A DNA stretch of 64,000 nucleotides from an uncultured OCS116 cluster bacterium (GCA_902633855.1 CACPHU010000002.1:37339-101338), one strand, 5' to 3'; positions 9,467 through 21,199 are shown, counted from the first letter of the stretch. Numbers and translations: made by a program. Notes: generated by a model from the letters alone, not told the origin.

Positions 9467-11050
9467 TTAAAAATTTAACTTTTTTACTTGCACGATGTCT
9501 TCTATTTGAGTCAATTTATCTAGTACAGAATCGTCTACTGGAGAGTCAACTTCAATCAACTCAATAACGTTACCACCAATTTTATCTCTCCCTAAATTAA
9601 AATTAGCTATATTCACACCTTGTGATCCGAGGCAGTGTCCAATTTTTCCAACTAAACCTGGCGTATCATTATTTGTTATATATATCATATGTTTTGCGAA
9701 TTTAGCTTCCATATCTATGCCTTTTATTTGAATGATTCTTGCCGAGCCATCCGAAAAAACAGCACCCGCTACAGATCTCTCTTGTCTTTCAGACTCTACA
9801 ATAAGTCTTATATATGAGCCGTAGATACCACTGCTCTCTTTTTTTATTTGTTCGATCTTGATACCTCTTTGCTTGGCAATTGATAGAGAGTTCACCATAT
9901 TTATATCCTCTAACAAAGGCTTTAATAAACCTGAAATAATTGTTGATGTTAAAGACTCAACATTCATATCAGCAATACTGCCAACGTACTCAATCTTTGC
10001 ACTTTTTAGTGCGCTTTCTGTTATTTGCCCAGCAAAAGATCCGAGATTTTTTGCTAGAACCAAATATGGTTCCATGGAGGTTGCTTCTTCAGCAGAGACA
10101 GATGGGAAATTTACGGCATTAGTGATTGCACCTGTTAGAAGAAAGTCACTCATCTGTTCGGCAATCTGTACAGCTACCTTCTCCTGTGCCTCAGAGGTGG
10201 ATGCGCCTAGGTGCGGCGTACATATTATTTTTTCGTTTCCAAATAATGGGTTATCTTTCGCTGGCTCCTCTTGATATACATCGATGGCAGCACCAGCTAT
10301 CTTACCGTTATTCAGCGCTTCCAGGAGGGCATCTTCATCCACAAGACCACCACGTGCACAATTTATTATGCGTACTGATGATTTCATTTGTTTTATGCTT
10401 TCGGTATTAATAATATTTTTCGTTTGCTCCGTAAGCGGTGTATGAATTGTTATAAAGTCTGACCTTGAAAATAACTCTTTTAATTCAACTTTTTCAATTG
10501 CCATTGACTCAGCCCTCTCTTCGGTTAGATAGGGATCATAGCCAATCACTTTCATTTTTAAACCCTTGGCACGATCAATTACGATGGTACCAATATTTCC
10601 ACAGCCAATGACACCAAGAGTCTTCCCAGTAATCTCAACGCCCATAAATTTTGATTTTTCCCAGAGACTGTTCTTTGTTGATTTATCGGCTTGCGGTATT
10701 TGTCTTGCAAGTGACATCATCAAAGTAATTGCGTGCTCTGCAGTTGTTACTGAGTTGCCAAATGGTGTATTCATAACAATGACACCATTAGTGGTTGCAG
10801 TTTCAATATCAACATTATCCACACCAATTCCGGCTCTGCCAATTACTTTTAAGTTTTTTGCATTACTTAGAATTTTATCCGTTACTTTTGTTGCTGATCT
10901 AATTGCTAAACCGTCATAGCTTTTGATGATTTCTGCTAATTTTTCTTTGTCTTTTCCGATATCAGGTAAATAGTCCACGTCAATATTCTTATCTTTGAAT
11001 ATTTTCACAGACTCCTCGCTGAGCTTATCTGATACAAGTACTTTAGGCAT
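9467..11050 (-). CDS. serA: D-3-phosphoglycerate dehydrogenase (long form with ACT domain)
   Basis: 527 aa with the NAD-binding motif GVIGCGNIGTIV, a 2-hydroxyacid dehydrogenase core and a C-terminal regulatory domain. Confidence 0.93.
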   Translation of the reverse strand: MPKVLVSDKLSEESVKIFKDKNIDVDYLPDIGKDKEKLAEIIKSYDGLAIRSATKVTDKILSNAKNLKVIGRAGIGVDNVDIETATTNGVIVMNTPFGNSVTTAEHAITLMMSLARQIPQADKSTKNSLWEKSKFMGVEITGKTLGVIGCGNIGTIVIDRAKGLKMKVIGYDPYLTEERAESMAIEKVELKELFSRSDFITIHTPLTEQTKNIINTESIKQMKSSVRIINCARGGLVDEDALLEALNNGKIAGAAIDVYQEEPAKDNPLFGNEKIICTPHLGASTSEAQEKVAVQIAEQMSDFLLTGAITNAVNFPSVSAEEATSMEPYLVLAKNLGSFAGQITESALKSAKIEYVGSIADMNVESLTSTIISGLLKPLLEDINMVNSLSIAKQRGIKIEQIKKESSGIYGSYIRLIVESERQERSVAGAVFSDGSARIIQIKGIDMEAKFAKHMIYITNNDTPGLVGKIGHCLGSQGVNIANFNLGRDKIGGNVIELIEVDSPVDDSVLDKLTQIEDIVQVKKLNF

Positions 11051-11072
11051 TTTTATGTTTTCCCTGTTTATT

Positions 11073-12227
11073 TTAGTTCTTTTCTGTTGCTACAAAATAC
11101 GCCCAATTAATCCATTCTAGCAATATTGAAATATCTGATGGTTCAATTGTTGCACCCGTCCATATTCTTAACCCGGGTGGCGCGTCTCTATAAGCCCCAA
11201 TATCAAAAGCGACCTCTTCCTCTTCAAGCATATTTTGGATTGTTTTTGATAATTTTGATGTATCGATTTCATCACCATTTGGGCTTTTTGAAGAAAACTC
11301 AAGGCAAACAGATGTGTTTGATATGGTTGACTCTTCTTTTGCTAAAAATTTTATCCAATCAGTTTCAGAGACCCAATCTTTTATAATTTGAAGATTATTA
11401 TCAGCAATTTCAATTAACTTATTTAACCCACCTATTTCACGTGCCCACTCAAGGGCAGCAACATAATCAGCAACACATAGAAGTGAAGGCGTGTTAATAG
11501 TTGATCCAGAAAAGATACTCTGGTCAATTATACCAGATTTTTTTATTCTAAATATTTTTGGCAATGGCCAACTGGGACTGTATTCATTTAATCTATCAAT
11601 TGCTTTTGGTGAGAGAATTATCATGCCATGCTGCGCCTCTCCTCCAAGAACCTTCTGCCAGGAAAATGTTGTTACGTCCAACTTGCTCCAATCAACTTTT
11701 TGGGCAAATAGACCAGATGTAGCGTCACATAATGTTATGCCTTTTCTGCTATCTTTTATCCAATTCAGGTTAGGGACTCTAACCCCTGAGGTTGTTCCGT
11801 TTAAAGTAAAAACAATATCACTGTCAGAATTTGCTGACTGTAGATCTGGTAAAATTCCGTAATCTGCTTCTATCACATTCGCATCTTCAAGGCCTAACTG
11901 TTTGATAATGTCGGTTACCCATCCCTTACCGAAAGACTCCCAAGCAAAAACATCAACAGGTATATGTCCTAAAAAGTTCCACATTGCCATCTCAAATGCC
12001 CCAGTATCAGATGCGGGTACAATTGCGACTTTGTAGTCTTTAGGTATCTCAAGTAAATCCGAGGTTAGCTCAACTGAGTAGTTAATAAAATCTTTTGGCT
12101 TTTTAGCCCTATGAGATCTACCTAAAATAGATGTTTCTATTTTATTGATTTGCCAATTTGGAAATTTTGCACATGGACCAGATGAAAATAGTGGTCTATT
12201 TGTTTTATTTGTTGGTTTCTTTGTCAT
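11073..12227 (-). CDS. serC: Phosphoserine aminotransferase
   Basis: 384 aa class-V aminotransferase with the PLP-lysine region FSWQKVLGG. Lies directly upstream of serA-purA on the same strand. Confidence 0.88.
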   Translation of the reverse strand: MTKKPTNKTNRPLFSSGPCAKFPNWQINKIETSILGRSHRAKKPKDFINYSVELTSDLLEIPKDYKVAIVPASDTGAFEMAMWNFLGHIPVDVFAWESFGKGWVTDIIKQLGLEDANVIEADYGILPDLQSANSDSDIVFTLNGTTSGVRVPNLNWIKDSRKGITLCDATSGLFAQKVDWSKLDVTTFSWQKVLGGEAQHGMIILSPKAIDRLNEYSPSWPLPKIFRIKKSGIIDQSIFSGSTINTPSLLCVADYVAALEWAREIGGLNKLIEIADNNLQIIKDWVSETDWIKFLAKEESTISNTSVCLEFSSKSPNGDEIDTSKLSKTIQNMLEEEEVAFDIGAYRDAPPGLRIWTGATIEPSDISILLEWINWAYFVATEKN

Positions 12228-12290
12228 GTTCTCTACCCTTCCAGATAGTTGACTCTCGTTGGGGAGAGCTGTCCCATTTCTTTAATACTG
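12228..12290 (-). promoter_or_regulatory. Hairpin-forming 5' leader of serC (candidate serC-leader RNA motif)
   Basis: The minus-strand RNA reads ...GGGACAGCUCUCCCCAACGAGAGUCAACUAUCUGGAAGGGUAGAGAAC-AUG. GCUCUC/GAGAGU forms a 6-bp stem (plus coordinates 12252..12269). An alternative GGGA/UCCC pairing overlaps it. CUCUCCC is complementary to the purine-rich stretch upstream of the AUG. Confidence 0.33.
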
Positions 12291-12387
12291 CAAAACTTTA
12301 CATTTATCAATTATAAAGTTAATTAATTTGACATGTATTAAATTTAAGCATAATCAGTAAGATTATTCTTACTATTTTCTTTATCTT

Positions 12388-13284
12388 ATGAAAAATTCAT
12401 CTCTTATGAACTGGTTTTATTTATCCCTCTTAGTTATATTTTGGGGTTCTACATTTGCATTAACAAAGTATGCTCTAGATGATTTCAGCCCTTTATGGAT
12501 TGTCTCACTCAGACTCTCTATTGGGTTCGTGATAATATATTCTATTTTAAAATTAAGAGGCGAGACTTTGCCAACTGGTATTGTGAATTGGGCCTGGCTT
12601 GCTTTGATAGGTATGACAGCATTTTTCCCTTTCTTTCTTATCTGCTGGGGGACTCAATATTTAGATACGAATATTGGAGGTATTCTATTTGGAATCGGTC
12701 CCTTGTTTACAGTTCTTGCTGCTCATTTTCTTGTTCCCAATGAGAAATTGAATAGCCTGAAGCTCTTTGGCGTAATCATTGGCTTTGCAGGCCTGTACAT
12801 TCTACTATTTGAAAAACCGAATACTTTAATAACATCTAATGACTTTAAGATGCTATCGCAGATTGCGATATTACTTGCAGCAATTGGTTATTCAATCCAA
12901 AACATAGCTGTAAATGTCATGCCAAATATTACATTAATGCAAAAAACATCGGGCAGCTTCTTGTTTGCATCAAGTTTCGCGTTTATTACTGCAATGTTGT
13001 TGGAAGGTCCCCCAGTTTTTGAAATTTTTGATATTTCATTCATATCAGTATTATTGATGGGGGTTTTCTCAACCGCAATGGCAAGCATGGTTATGTTTAA
13101 TCTTACAAAGGTTGCAGGCCCAACATTCGTGTCGCTTACACATTATGTTTTACCGGTTTATGTTGTTATTCTTGGGAGCTTCTTGCTAAAAGAAGATATT
13201 CATCTTTACCAGATTATTGGAATGTTTGTTATTCTTGCGGGCATTGTACTCACGAGGATAGGCTCAAATAAGCTTGCTAATTAA
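12388..13284 (+). CDS. EamA/DMT family transporter
   Basis: 298 aa, about 10 TM segments organised as two EamA-like repeats. Confidence 0.8.
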   Translation: MKNSSLMNWFYLSLLVIFWGSTFALTKYALDDFSPLWIVSLRLSIGFVIIYSILKLRGETLPTGIVNWAWLALIGMTAFFPFFLICWGTQYLDTNIGGILFGIGPLFTVLAAHFLVPNEKLNSLKLFGVIIGFAGLYILLFEKPNTLITSNDFKMLSQIAILLAAIGYSIQNIAVNVMPNITLMQKTSGSFLFASSFAFITAMLLEGPPVFEIFDISFISVLLMGVFSTAMASMVMFNLTKVAGPTFVSLTHYVLPVYVVILGSFLLKEDIHLYQIIGMFVILAGIVLTRIGSNKLAN

Positions 13285-14623
13285 AACGCCTTTCGATTAA
13301 ATCCATCAAATAGTCCAATGTCTCATTTAAATATTTTTTATCTTGAGACTCACCCATGACTCTGATGAGTGGCTCTGTTCCAGACAGACGAACCAATATC
13401 CTGCCTTTTTCTTTAATTCTCTCTTGTCCTATTCTATGAATTTCATTTACGTCGTCGGAATTGATCTTTTCATAGTCGCTAATTCTGTAATTCCTTTGAA
13501 TTTGGGGAACAATTTTGATAAGGCGGGCAAGCGTACTAATCTTCCTATTACTTTTTTTCATAATGGATAATATCTGTATCGCAGCCAACAATCCGTCCCC
13601 TGTTGTTGAGTAATCCCCAATGATAATATGTCCAGACTGCTCACCACCAATATTATACCCGTTTTCTCTCATAAACTGGGAGACATACCTATCTCCAACA
13701 TTTGTTCTAAATAGTTTCATTTCTTCTTGTGACAAGTAAGACTCCAAGCCTATGTTTGATAAAATTGTAGCAACTACAGAATTTTTTTTTAGTTTACCTA
13801 ATTTTTTCCACTCAGTTGCAATGATAGCCAAAAGTGTGTCACCATCAACGATATTTCCCATCTCATCAATCACGATTATTCTATCTGCATCTCCATCAAG
13901 GGCAATCCCAATGTCCGCTTTATGATTACTGACCGCTTTTTTTAAATTACCAAGTGAGGTTGATCCATACTCGTTATTAATATTCTTCCCATTAGGGCTA
14001 TCTCCAATTGAAATAACCTTTGCCCCAAGCTCCCATAAAGCCAATGGTGCTACCTTATATGCCGCTCCATGTGCGCTATCAATGACAACTTTAATACCAT
14101 CAAAGCTAATGTCTTTATCCAGAGTACCCTTGACATACTCAATATAACGAGCTTGAGCATCGTCGATCCTTTTTGCCTTTCCAACCATTCTCGAGCTGAG
14201 GTCATAGCTATCTATATTTCCTAATATACCTTCAATTTCTGATTCGTCCATATCGTCAAGTTTATACCCATCTGGACCAAATATCTTAATACCGTTATAT
14301 TCATATGTGTTGTGTGATGCTGAAATCATAATGCCAAGATCCGCCCTCATTGACTTAATGAGCATCGACACCGCAGGGGTTGGCATTGGTCCAAGCAAAA
14401 AAACATCTAACCCAACTGACGTTAGACCAGAAGTGAGTGAAGACTCCAGCATATAGCCTGATAGCCTTGTGTCTTTGGCAATTATTACTCTTTTAGCCGT
14501 TTTATCTTTTGATATGAATAATCCAGTAGCAATTCCAATCTGCAGAGCAACTTCAGCTGTAATGGGATGTTGATTTGCAACCCCTCTAATCCCATCTGTA
14601 CCAAAATATTTTTTAGCATTCAT
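13277..14623 (-). CDS. glmM: Phosphoglucosamine mutase
   Basis: 448 aa with GTDGIRG, the phosphoserine loop ISASHNTYEYNGIK, the metal loop LDGDADR and GEQSGHII. Confidence 0.94.
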   Translation of the reverse strand: MNAKKYFGTDGIRGVANQHPITAEVALQIGIATGLFISKDKTAKRVIIAKDTRLSGYMLESSLTSGLTSVGLDVFLLGPMPTPAVSMLIKSMRADLGIMISASHNTYEYNGIKIFGPDGYKLDDMDESEIEGILGNIDSYDLSSRMVGKAKRIDDAQARYIEYVKGTLDKDISFDGIKVVIDSAHGAAYKVAPLALWELGAKVISIGDSPNGKNINNEYGSTSLGNLKKAVSNHKADIGIALDGDADRIIVIDEMGNIVDGDTLLAIIATEWKKLGKLKKNSVVATILSNIGLESYLSQEEMKLFRTNVGDRYVSQFMRENGYNIGGEQSGHIIIGDYSTTGDGLLAAIQILSIMKKSNRKISTLARLIKIVPQIQRNYRISDYEKINSDDVNEIHRIGQERIKEKGRILVRLSGTEPLIRVMGESQDKKYLNETLDYLMDLIERRFN

Positions 14624-14661
14624 ATAAAACTATCCCTAAAGTTTAAATAATAATGAATGAT

Positions 14662-16590
14662 TTATGGCTGTGTTTGCGGCTTCATTTTCTGGGTTTTTTT
14701 TGCCTTACTCGATGCTTTCTTTTCTGCACTCTCAGTTGGTACAGCAGTTGGATCACTTGGTGGCTCTTCTGTTCCATCCGTATCAGGCCTATCTGGATTC
14801 TTGCCCTTTAATAGGTCTAATATTTCATCGCCGGACAAAGTCTCATACTCAAGCAGACCTTCAGCGATAATTTCGAGTTCTTTTTTATATTTGATGACAA
14901 TTTCTGTTGCAGCTTTGTGACCGCCATCTACAAGCTTATGTATTTCAGAGTCAACAATTTTTTGTGTTTCTTCTGATAAATTCTGTGTTTTTGCAACAGA
15001 ATAACCGAGGAAAACTTCATCTTCATTATTGCCATATGAGAGAGGTCCTAAAATATCACTCATACCGAATTGTGTTACCATCGCCCTTGCCATGTTTGTT
15101 GCCATCTTGATATCAGATTGTGCGCCTGAAGTTACTTTTTCGTCACCGAAAATCAGTTCCTCAGCAGCCCTTCCGCCCATAGCAACAGCAAGATCAGCTT
15201 TAAGTTTCTCTCTGGTCATTGACAACTGGTCTCTTTCTGGCAAACGCATGACCATACCTAAGGCTCGTCCTCTTGGAATTATTGTGGCTTTGTGAATAGG
15301 ATCTGATGCTTTTTGCTTTACTGCAACAAGAGCATGACCTGCCTCGTGATATGCAGTCAATTTCTTTTCATCATCAGACATTACAAGTGTACGACGCTCA
15401 GAACCCATCATTACTTTATCTTTTGCGTCTTCAAATTCATCTTGAGTGATTACTCTTTTGCCTCTTCGAGCTGCCAGTAGCGCAGCTTCGTTAACAAGAT
15501 TTGCAAGATCAGCACCAGAGAATCCTGGAGTTCCTCTAGCTATTACTTTTAAATTTATTTCATCAGATAATTTAACTTTTCTGACGTGTACTTTTAAAAT
15601 CTTCTCACGTCCAATTATGTCGGGATTTGGAACAACTACTTGTCTGTCGAATCTACCAGGTCTCAAAAGAGCTGGATCTAAAACATCCGGCCTGTTAGTT
15701 GCTGCTATCAATATTATTCCTTCATTTTCTTCAAATCCATCCATTTCCACCAGCAGCTGATTTAATGTTTGCTCTCTTTCATCATTACCCCCGCCCAGTC
15801 CTGCGCCTCTGTGTCTTCCAACAGCATCTATCTCATCTATGAATATGATGCATGGCGCGCTTCTTTTTGCTTGTTCAAACATATCACGCACTCTACTGGC
15901 TCCAACACCAACGAACATTTCAACAAAATCTGAACCAGAAATTGTAAAAAAAGGTACACCAGCTTCACCAGCTATAGCCCTAGCTAATAGTGTTTTACCA
16001 GTACCAGGAGGTCCGACAAGTAATGCGCCTTTTGGGATTTTACCACCCAAATATTGAAACTTACGCGGATCTTTTAAAAATTCAACAATTTCTTCGAGAT
16101 CTTCCTTTGCCTCATCGATGCCTGCGACATCACTAAAGGTGACCTTACCTTTCTTCTCGTTAAGTAGTTTTGCCTTCGATTTTCCGAAACCCATAGCGCC
16201 ACGTCCACCACCTTGCATTTGCTTTAAGAAAAATATCCAAACTGCAATAAGTAATAACATTGGGAACCATGAGACAAAAATGGAGAATAGCGCACTTTGC
16301 CTTACCGGCTTGACATTTATTATTACGCCTTGTTCATTTAATCTCTCTATGAACTGAGGGTCTTCAGGTGAATAGGAATGGAACCTTGAGCCATCATTGA
16401 AAGTCCCAGTAATTTCATCACCAGATATCTCTACATCCCTAACATTTCCACCGGAGACTTCTGAAATCAGAGTGGTGTAGCTTACTTCGCTCACGCCTCT
16501 TGTTTCATTAGAAGACTGGAATACATTGTATAAAGCCATCATTAATAATCCAATGACAAGCCATATAACTATATTTCTAAAACCACCCAA
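14662..16590 (-). CDS. ftsH: ATP-dependent zinc metalloprotease FtsH
   Basis: 642 aa. Two N-terminal TM segments, Walker [12 protein letters not shown], Walker B IIFIDEID and zinc motif HEAGHAL. The TTG start at 16590 is preceded by AAGGAG at a 6-nt spacing. Confidence 0.95.
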   Translation of the reverse strand: MGGFRNIVIWLVIGLLMMALYNVFQSSNETRGVSEVSYTTLISEVSGGNVRDVEISGDEITGTFNDGSRFHSYSPEDPQFIERLNEQGVIINVKPVRQSALFSIFVSWFPMLLLIAVWIFFLKQMQGGGRGAMGFGKSKAKLLNEKKGKVTFSDVAGIDEAKEDLEEIVEFLKDPRKFQYLGGKIPKGALLVGPPGTGKTLLARAIAGEAGVPFFTISGSDFVEMFVGVGASRVRDMFEQAKRSAPCIIFIDEIDAVGRHRGAGLGGGNDEREQTLNQLLVEMDGFEENEGIILIAATNRPDVLDPALLRPGRFDRQVVVPNPDIIGREKILKVHVRKVKLSDEINLKVIARGTPGFSGADLANLVNEAALLAARRGKRVITQDEFEDAKDKVMMGSERRTLVMSDDEKKLTAYHEAGHALVAVKQKASDPIHKATIIPRGRALGMVMRLPERDQLSMTREKLKADLAVAMGGRAAEELIFGDEKVTSGAQSDIKMATNMARAMVTQFGMSDILGPLSYGNNEDEVFLGYSVAKTQNLSEETQKIVDSEIHKLVDGGHKAATEIVIKYKKELEIIAEGLLEYETLSGDEILDLLKGKNPDRPDTDGTEEPPSDPTAVPTESAEKKASSKAKKTQKMKPQTQP

Positions 16591-16608
16591 TTTTAACTCC
16601 TTAATAAT

Positions 16609-17889
16609 TTATGAATATTTTTTTTCATCATTAATTCTAAATTTAACATCTAAATAACCACTGTTATATATATTGTGTGTGTTTGGTAGTAATACAAGCT
16701 TATCTTTTATGAATCCACCAGGCAATGTTCTCAATACATACTTTGGCATACTTTGAAAATATGTCCCATCTATCATTTTTCGAAGATCATTTGCATTTCC
16801 AATCTGATCAATGACAATTTTTGTTTTGTTATATGATTTAAGATGCACATCAAATCTTCCGTCCCAAGAAATGCGTTCGTTAATTTTAATTTCAACGGGA
16901 CTTATCCCCCTATTCTCTCTCACTATCACATATTTATTCATCTTTGGTATTATTTGACAGCCGTTAAGGGTCTTGCTTCTCTCTGTTTTGATTAATTCCG
17001 TAAATACCGCTTCCAATGATGAGAGAGATACAGTTCCCCCATTAATATCTGTTAAAGCTTTTGCAAACACCCTTAAAATTATCTCTTTTGGATAATTACG
17101 TAATTTATCGAAATTAACATCGGCATATCCCAATTCACTTAATTCAACTAACTCTTGTGATAGTAAGTCGGTAAAGAAACTAATTGACTCATTTGCCCTA
17201 GCCAGACGTTGAATTGTTTTTGTTAAATTGCCGGACGATATATTAAAAGAAGATAAGGAGCGAATATTATTTCTTATTTTAACTCTCTCAAAGCTCTCAT
17301 CATCGTTTGTTGGATCATCTACCCATTCATTACCCATTGATTTGAGGATTTCAGTTGTTAATTTACGAGATAATGAGAGCAATGGCCTTTCTATCCGAAT
17401 TCCATCCTCGTATCGAATTTCATTAATTGATTTAAGCCCATCAAGCCCACTCCCTTTTGCAAGACGCATAATAAATGTTTCTATATTATCGTCAGAGGTG
17501 TGAGCGGTCAAAATTGTATGAATATTCTCCTCTCTAGCATAATCCAGCATGAGCTGGTATCTTGCGTTTCGTGCTTTCTCTTGAATAGAAGTTTCGATGT
17601 GTTCGTGCTCCCATGTCAGCACTTTATGCCTGAATCCGTAATTTTTAGCAATTTTTTGGACAAATCGACATTCATCTTCGGCAGCCTTCCTGAGATTATG
17701 GTTAACTGTGAGAACTTCAATCTCAATATTTATTGCTAGGTGGGCTTTCCAACGATATACCAAATACATTAGGGCCATGCTATCTCGCCCGCCTGAGACC
17801 GCTAACGCAATTCTATCATGATTTATATAGCTTGAAAATAAACCACATATCCTGCTATCAGTGAGAGGAAATTTGTTATCATTTAACAT
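16609..17889 (-). CDS. tilS: tRNA(Ile)-lysidine synthetase
   Basis: 426 aa with the PP-loop motif AVSGGRDSMAL. Conserved position upstream of ftsH. Confidence 0.88.
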   Translation of the reverse strand: MLNDNKFPLTDSRICGLFSSYINHDRIALAVSGGRDSMALMYLVYRWKAHLAINIEIEVLTVNHNLRKAAEDECRFVQKIAKNYGFRHKVLTWEHEHIETSIQEKARNARYQLMLDYAREENIHTILTAHTSDDNIETFIMRLAKGSGLDGLKSINEIRYEDGIRIERPLLSLSRKLTTEILKSMGNEWVDDPTNDDESFERVKIRNNIRSLSSFNISSGNLTKTIQRLARANESISFFTDLLSQELVELSELGYADVNFDKLRNYPKEIILRVFAKALTDINGGTVSLSSLEAVFTELIKTERSKTLNGCQIIPKMNKYVIVRENRGISPVEIKINERISWDGRFDVHLKSYNKTKIVIDQIGNANDLRKMIDGTYFQSMPKYVLRTLPGGFIKDKLVLLPNTHNIYNSGYLDVKFRINDEKKYS

Positions 17890-17996
17890 AATTAACTAAT
17901 ATCATTCAATTTTTCAAATTAGAGATTATTCCAAAAACTAATTTGGTAGTAAATGATATATTATCGTCGCTAAAATATCTAGTTGATAATTCCTAA

Positions 17997-18506
17997 TTAC
18001 TCAATGATTACTACAGACACAGCTCGTCTGTTTTGTGACCAACAAGCTTCAGATGAGCAGGCAGCAACTGGTCTTTCTTTACCATACGGAACAGTTTCGA
18101 TCCTATCCCCAGCTATACCAAGACTTTCGAGGTATGCTACCGCAATATCCGCTCTTTTGGCGCTAAGCGCAATATTGTATTCTCTTGTACCCCTCTCATC
18201 GGCGTGCCCTTCAACAATGATACTAATTTCTGGATATAATTCCAACCAAGAAGCTTGCCTTTCTAGTATCGCTTTTGCATCATCATCTAAACTTGTTGAA
18301 TTTGTTGCAAAAAATACACGGTCTCCAACATTTACTGTGAAGTCTTGGGAAGATCCAGGAATAGCATTTGAGACTATTTCAGCTTCATTATTATTTCCTC
18401 CTCCAAATAAGACCTGCTCAATATTTTTTCGTGTTGATCCACAGCCTGTGAGGATGAAGATTAATAAAAAAGTCAAGGAAAGATTGAGTGCTTTTTTATA
18501 TATCAT
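17997..18506 (-). CDS. pal: Peptidoglycan-associated lipoprotein Pal
   Basis: 169 aa. Lipobox LTGC, OmpA-like domain (VFFATNSTSLD, VEGHADERGTREYNIALSAKRA). Follows tolB. Confidence 0.9.
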   Translation of the reverse strand: MIYKKALNLSLTFLLIFILTGCGSTRKNIEQVLFGGGNNNEAEIVSNAIPGSSQDFTVNVGDRVFFATNSTSLDDDAKAILERQASWLELYPEISIIVEGHADERGTREYNIALSAKRADIAVAYLESLGIAGDRIETVPYGKERPVAACSSEACWSQNRRAVSVVIIE

Positions 18507-18603
18507 TGATAATTTCCTCTTTAAAAATAGTAATGATCCTTAAAGATATCATGTAAATGTTAACAAATGATGTAATGTTTAAAAAAAATGTAAATCAAAT
18601 ATT

Positions 18604-19917
18604 TTAGTTCATTAATGCAGACCATGATGGGTCTGACGCATAACCAGGTGTTTCAATCTTTCTCTCATTGTATCCGGTGATATCAACAGAATAAATCATT
18701 GGCCCACCATCTTCTCCTGGCGATTCACGAAAAAACATTAAAACTCTTCCGTTTGGAGCCCATGTCGGGCCTTCATTGTGGAAGCCATCTGTAATGATCC
18801 TCTCACCACTTCCATCTGCGAACATAACACCAATCATAAATCGACCCTTAGAAATCTTTGTAAATGCAATGTAATCACCTCTTGGAGACCAAACAGGTGT
18901 GGAGTAACTTCCGGTTCCAAAGCTAATCCTTCTTACATTATTTCCATTAGCGTCCATTACATATAACTGCTGCGTACCTGACTTATCTGACTCAAATACA
19001 ATATTTCTTGTGTTAGGAGAGTAACTGGGAGCTGTATTGATATCAGATGTATTAGTTAACCTCTTTCTATCAAAATTACTCAAATCCATCTCAAATAAAT
19101 TCGATCCTACGCCCTCTTGTAAGCTCATGATGATTTTTTTTCCGTCAGGGGAGAATCTAGGAGCAAATGTTATGCCGGGAAATGTCCCAACTACATATGT
19201 TTGTTTTGATTGAATATCATAAATATATACCTGAGGTTGACCATTTCTGTATGACAAATATACAAGCTCTTTACCGTTTGGACTGAATCTAGGAGTCAAT
19301 ACAAGGTCTTTACCTGATGTCAATAATACGGGATTTTGGCCATCCTGATCCATTATTGCCAGTCTTTTTATTCTTTCCGTCTTGGGCCCACTCTCTGCAA
19401 TGAAGGCAATTTGTGTGTCAAAATAACCCTTCTCATCCGTCAGGCGGGTATAAATTGTATCAGCAATCATGTGCGCCACGTTTCTCCACTTATTTTTTGA
19501 AAAAACTAAATAGTTAGCTTCGAGTGACTTCTCAGTGAAAGTATCCCAAAGCTTGTAGTTTATTTTGTATCTTTCATTTTCATAAATAAGCTCAGCTGTG
19601 AATAAAGCCTCTGCATTTACTACGCGCCATGAATTAAAATTTGGACTCCTATCCACAGAGTTAACTTCTTCAAGGAATGCTTTTGGATTTATAGGATAGA
19701 ATAACCCCGAACCCGCAAGGTCACTTGCAATAACTTTTGTTATATCAAGACCAAGACCAAGCTGCTCATTTTGTTTATCAATAACCGTGGTTATTGCAAT
19801 CGGCATTGGCCTGAGGTTCCCTTCTGTGACATCTATTTCAAGGGCAGCTTGTGAGTTGGTTGAATAAAATAATAAAAAAAATAATAAGAAGATGAGCCTG
19901 TTCATTCGATTTTTCAT
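18604..19917 (-). CDS. tolB: Tol-Pal system periplasmic beta-propeller protein TolB
   Basis: Signal peptide [24 protein letters not shown] and repeated propeller blades ([47 protein letters not shown]). I chose ATG 19917. The track start at 19947 would overlap tolA by 29 nt. Confidence 0.9.
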   Translation of the reverse strand: MKNRMNRLIFLLFFLLFYSTNSQAALEIDVTEGNLRPMPIAITTVIDKQNEQLGLGLDITKVIASDLAGSGLFYPINPKAFLEEVNSVDRSPNFNSWRVVNAEALFTAELIYENERYKINYKLWDTFTEKSLEANYLVFSKNKWRNVAHMIADTIYTRLTDEKGYFDTQIAFIAESGPKTERIKRLAIMDQDGQNPVLLTSGKDLVLTPRFSPNGKELVYLSYRNGQPQVYIYDIQSKQTYVVGTFPGITFAPRFSPDGKKIIMSLQEGVGSNLFEMDLSNFDRKRLTNTSDINTAPSYSPNTRNIVFESDKSGTQQLYVMDANGNNVRRISFGTGSYSTPVWSPRGDYIAFTKISKGRFMIGVMFADGSGERIITDGFHNEGPTWAPNGRVLMFFRESPGEDGGPMIYSVDITGYNERKIETPGYASDPSWSALMN

Positions 19918-19918
19918 A

Positions 19919-20749
19919 TTATCCACCCAACATATTCCTTGGATCAAAGGTAAACTTTATCTCTTTCCATAATTCATATTTTTCAATTGGAAACTCATAC
20001 GGTGCGCAGCTTAATACAGCTCTTACTGCAGCACCAATTGCCACTTCCCTGCTTCCGTTTGAGTCTCTTGTGACAGGTTCTACATTCGATATCGTGCCAT
20101 CTTTATTGAGCGCAATGATCACTTGTACTTTTTGGCTTGCAGCACCGCGCACTCCCACAGGTGGATTCCAACACATCTCTATTTGACTTCGCATATTTGA
20201 TATCTCACCAGCCGTAATAATATTATTGGACGTTAGATTTTTCTCTTGTGGTTTGTTTTCAATCATTTCCCCAACATCTCTTTCATCAGGAAATTTATCG
20301 AGTAGTGCTGTGACTTTATCTGTTTCCTTCTTATTCTCATCGTAATCCAAATTGGTTAATAATTTGTCATTAATTTTGTTCAATTCAGGCTTAATTTCTG
20401 GTATAGAAATAAACTCCATGATATTTTCATCTTCTTGCTGTTCAGCATTTGTAGTTTTCTCGATTGGCTCCTCATTTTCAAGTATACTCATATTTTTTGA
20501 CTCTTCACTTCTCATAGATGGTTTAACGTTGGGTGTTGCGCTATATTTTTTTTTATTGGATGCGGACTCCTCTTTGCTGTCATCCTCTATAATTTCTTGT
20601 GTGATTGCTGGTAGATTATTAATAAGCTCGATTTCAACAATAGACATTGGACTATCATCAAGCCTATCGAATGATGGCAGACCTGTTATTACAATTACAA
20701 CAAATAGTAGATGTAATACAACTGATATAGATATTGGTTTAGCTAACAT
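19919..20749 (-). CDS. tolA: TolA-like cell envelope integrity protein
   Basis: 276 aa. N-terminal TM anchor, long acidic and Lys-rich low-complexity middle, and a compact C-terminal TolA/TonB-C-like domain. Position between tolR and tolB supports the call. Confidence 0.7.
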   Translation of the reverse strand: MLAKPISISVVLHLLFVVIVITGLPSFDRLDDSPMSIVEIELINNLPAITQEIIEDDSKEESASNKKKYSATPNVKPSMRSEESKNMSILENEEPIEKTTNAEQQEDENIMEFISIPEIKPELNKINDKLLTNLDYDENKKETDKVTALLDKFPDERDVGEMIENKPQEKNLTSNNIITAGEISNMRSQIEMCWNPPVGVRGAASQKVQVIIALNKDGTISNVEPVTRDSNGSREVAIGAAVRAVLSCAPYEFPIEKYELWKEIKFTFDPRNMLGG

Positions 20750-20750
20750 A

Positions 20751-21185
20751 TTAAGACTCTATATCTGTAACTAATCCAATTGATGTATACCCGGAAGAAC
20801 TAATCTTAGCCATTACTTTCATTAAGACTTCATAACTAATATCTTTATCACCATTAATATAGATTTTTTGATCAAAGTTACTCTGCCCTATTGCCTCAAG
20901 TTTTTCGGTTAAGTCATCAAAATCTATTTCCATTTCTTGAATGTAAATTTTGCTGTTCTTGTCAATTGTGATAGTTAATGGCTCATTATCATCAGTCATT
21001 TGCTTTGCCGCAGTTTTTGGAAGTTCAATTGGAACGCCAACTGTTAATAAAGGTGCAGTTACCATAAAAACGATCAGCAGTACGAGCATAACATCAACAA
21101 GTGGTGTTACATTAATATCAGAAATTGGGTTATTCTTTCTACTTCTTCTTCTGTTATTTGGTAATGTTTTTATATTGGTTGCCAT
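20751..21185 (-). CDS. tolR: TolR (ExbD/TolR family)
   Basis: 144 aa with a single TM carrying the conserved Asp (INVTPLVDVMLVLLIVFMV). Lies between tolQ and tolA. Confidence 0.85.
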   Translation of the reverse strand: MATNIKTLPNNRRRSRKNNPISDINVTPLVDVMLVLLIVFMVTAPLLTVGVPIELPKTAAKQMTDDNEPLTITIDKNSKIYIQEMEIDFDDLTEKLEAIGQSNFDQKIYINGDKDISYEVLMKVMAKISSSGYTSIGLVTDIES

Positions 21186-21199
21186 TATTTTGCAAAATC

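Noticed and set aside
17983-18543. A 186-aa plus-strand ORF covering the whole pal gene in antisense. This is strikingly long for AT-rich DNA.
   Set aside because: Its sequence is low-complexity and Ser/Ala/Leu/Ile-rich with no recognisable motif, start context or SD. It is out of codon register with pal, and the minus-strand product is an unmistakable Pal lipoprotein. It looks like a shadow ORF produced by the codon usage of the real gene.
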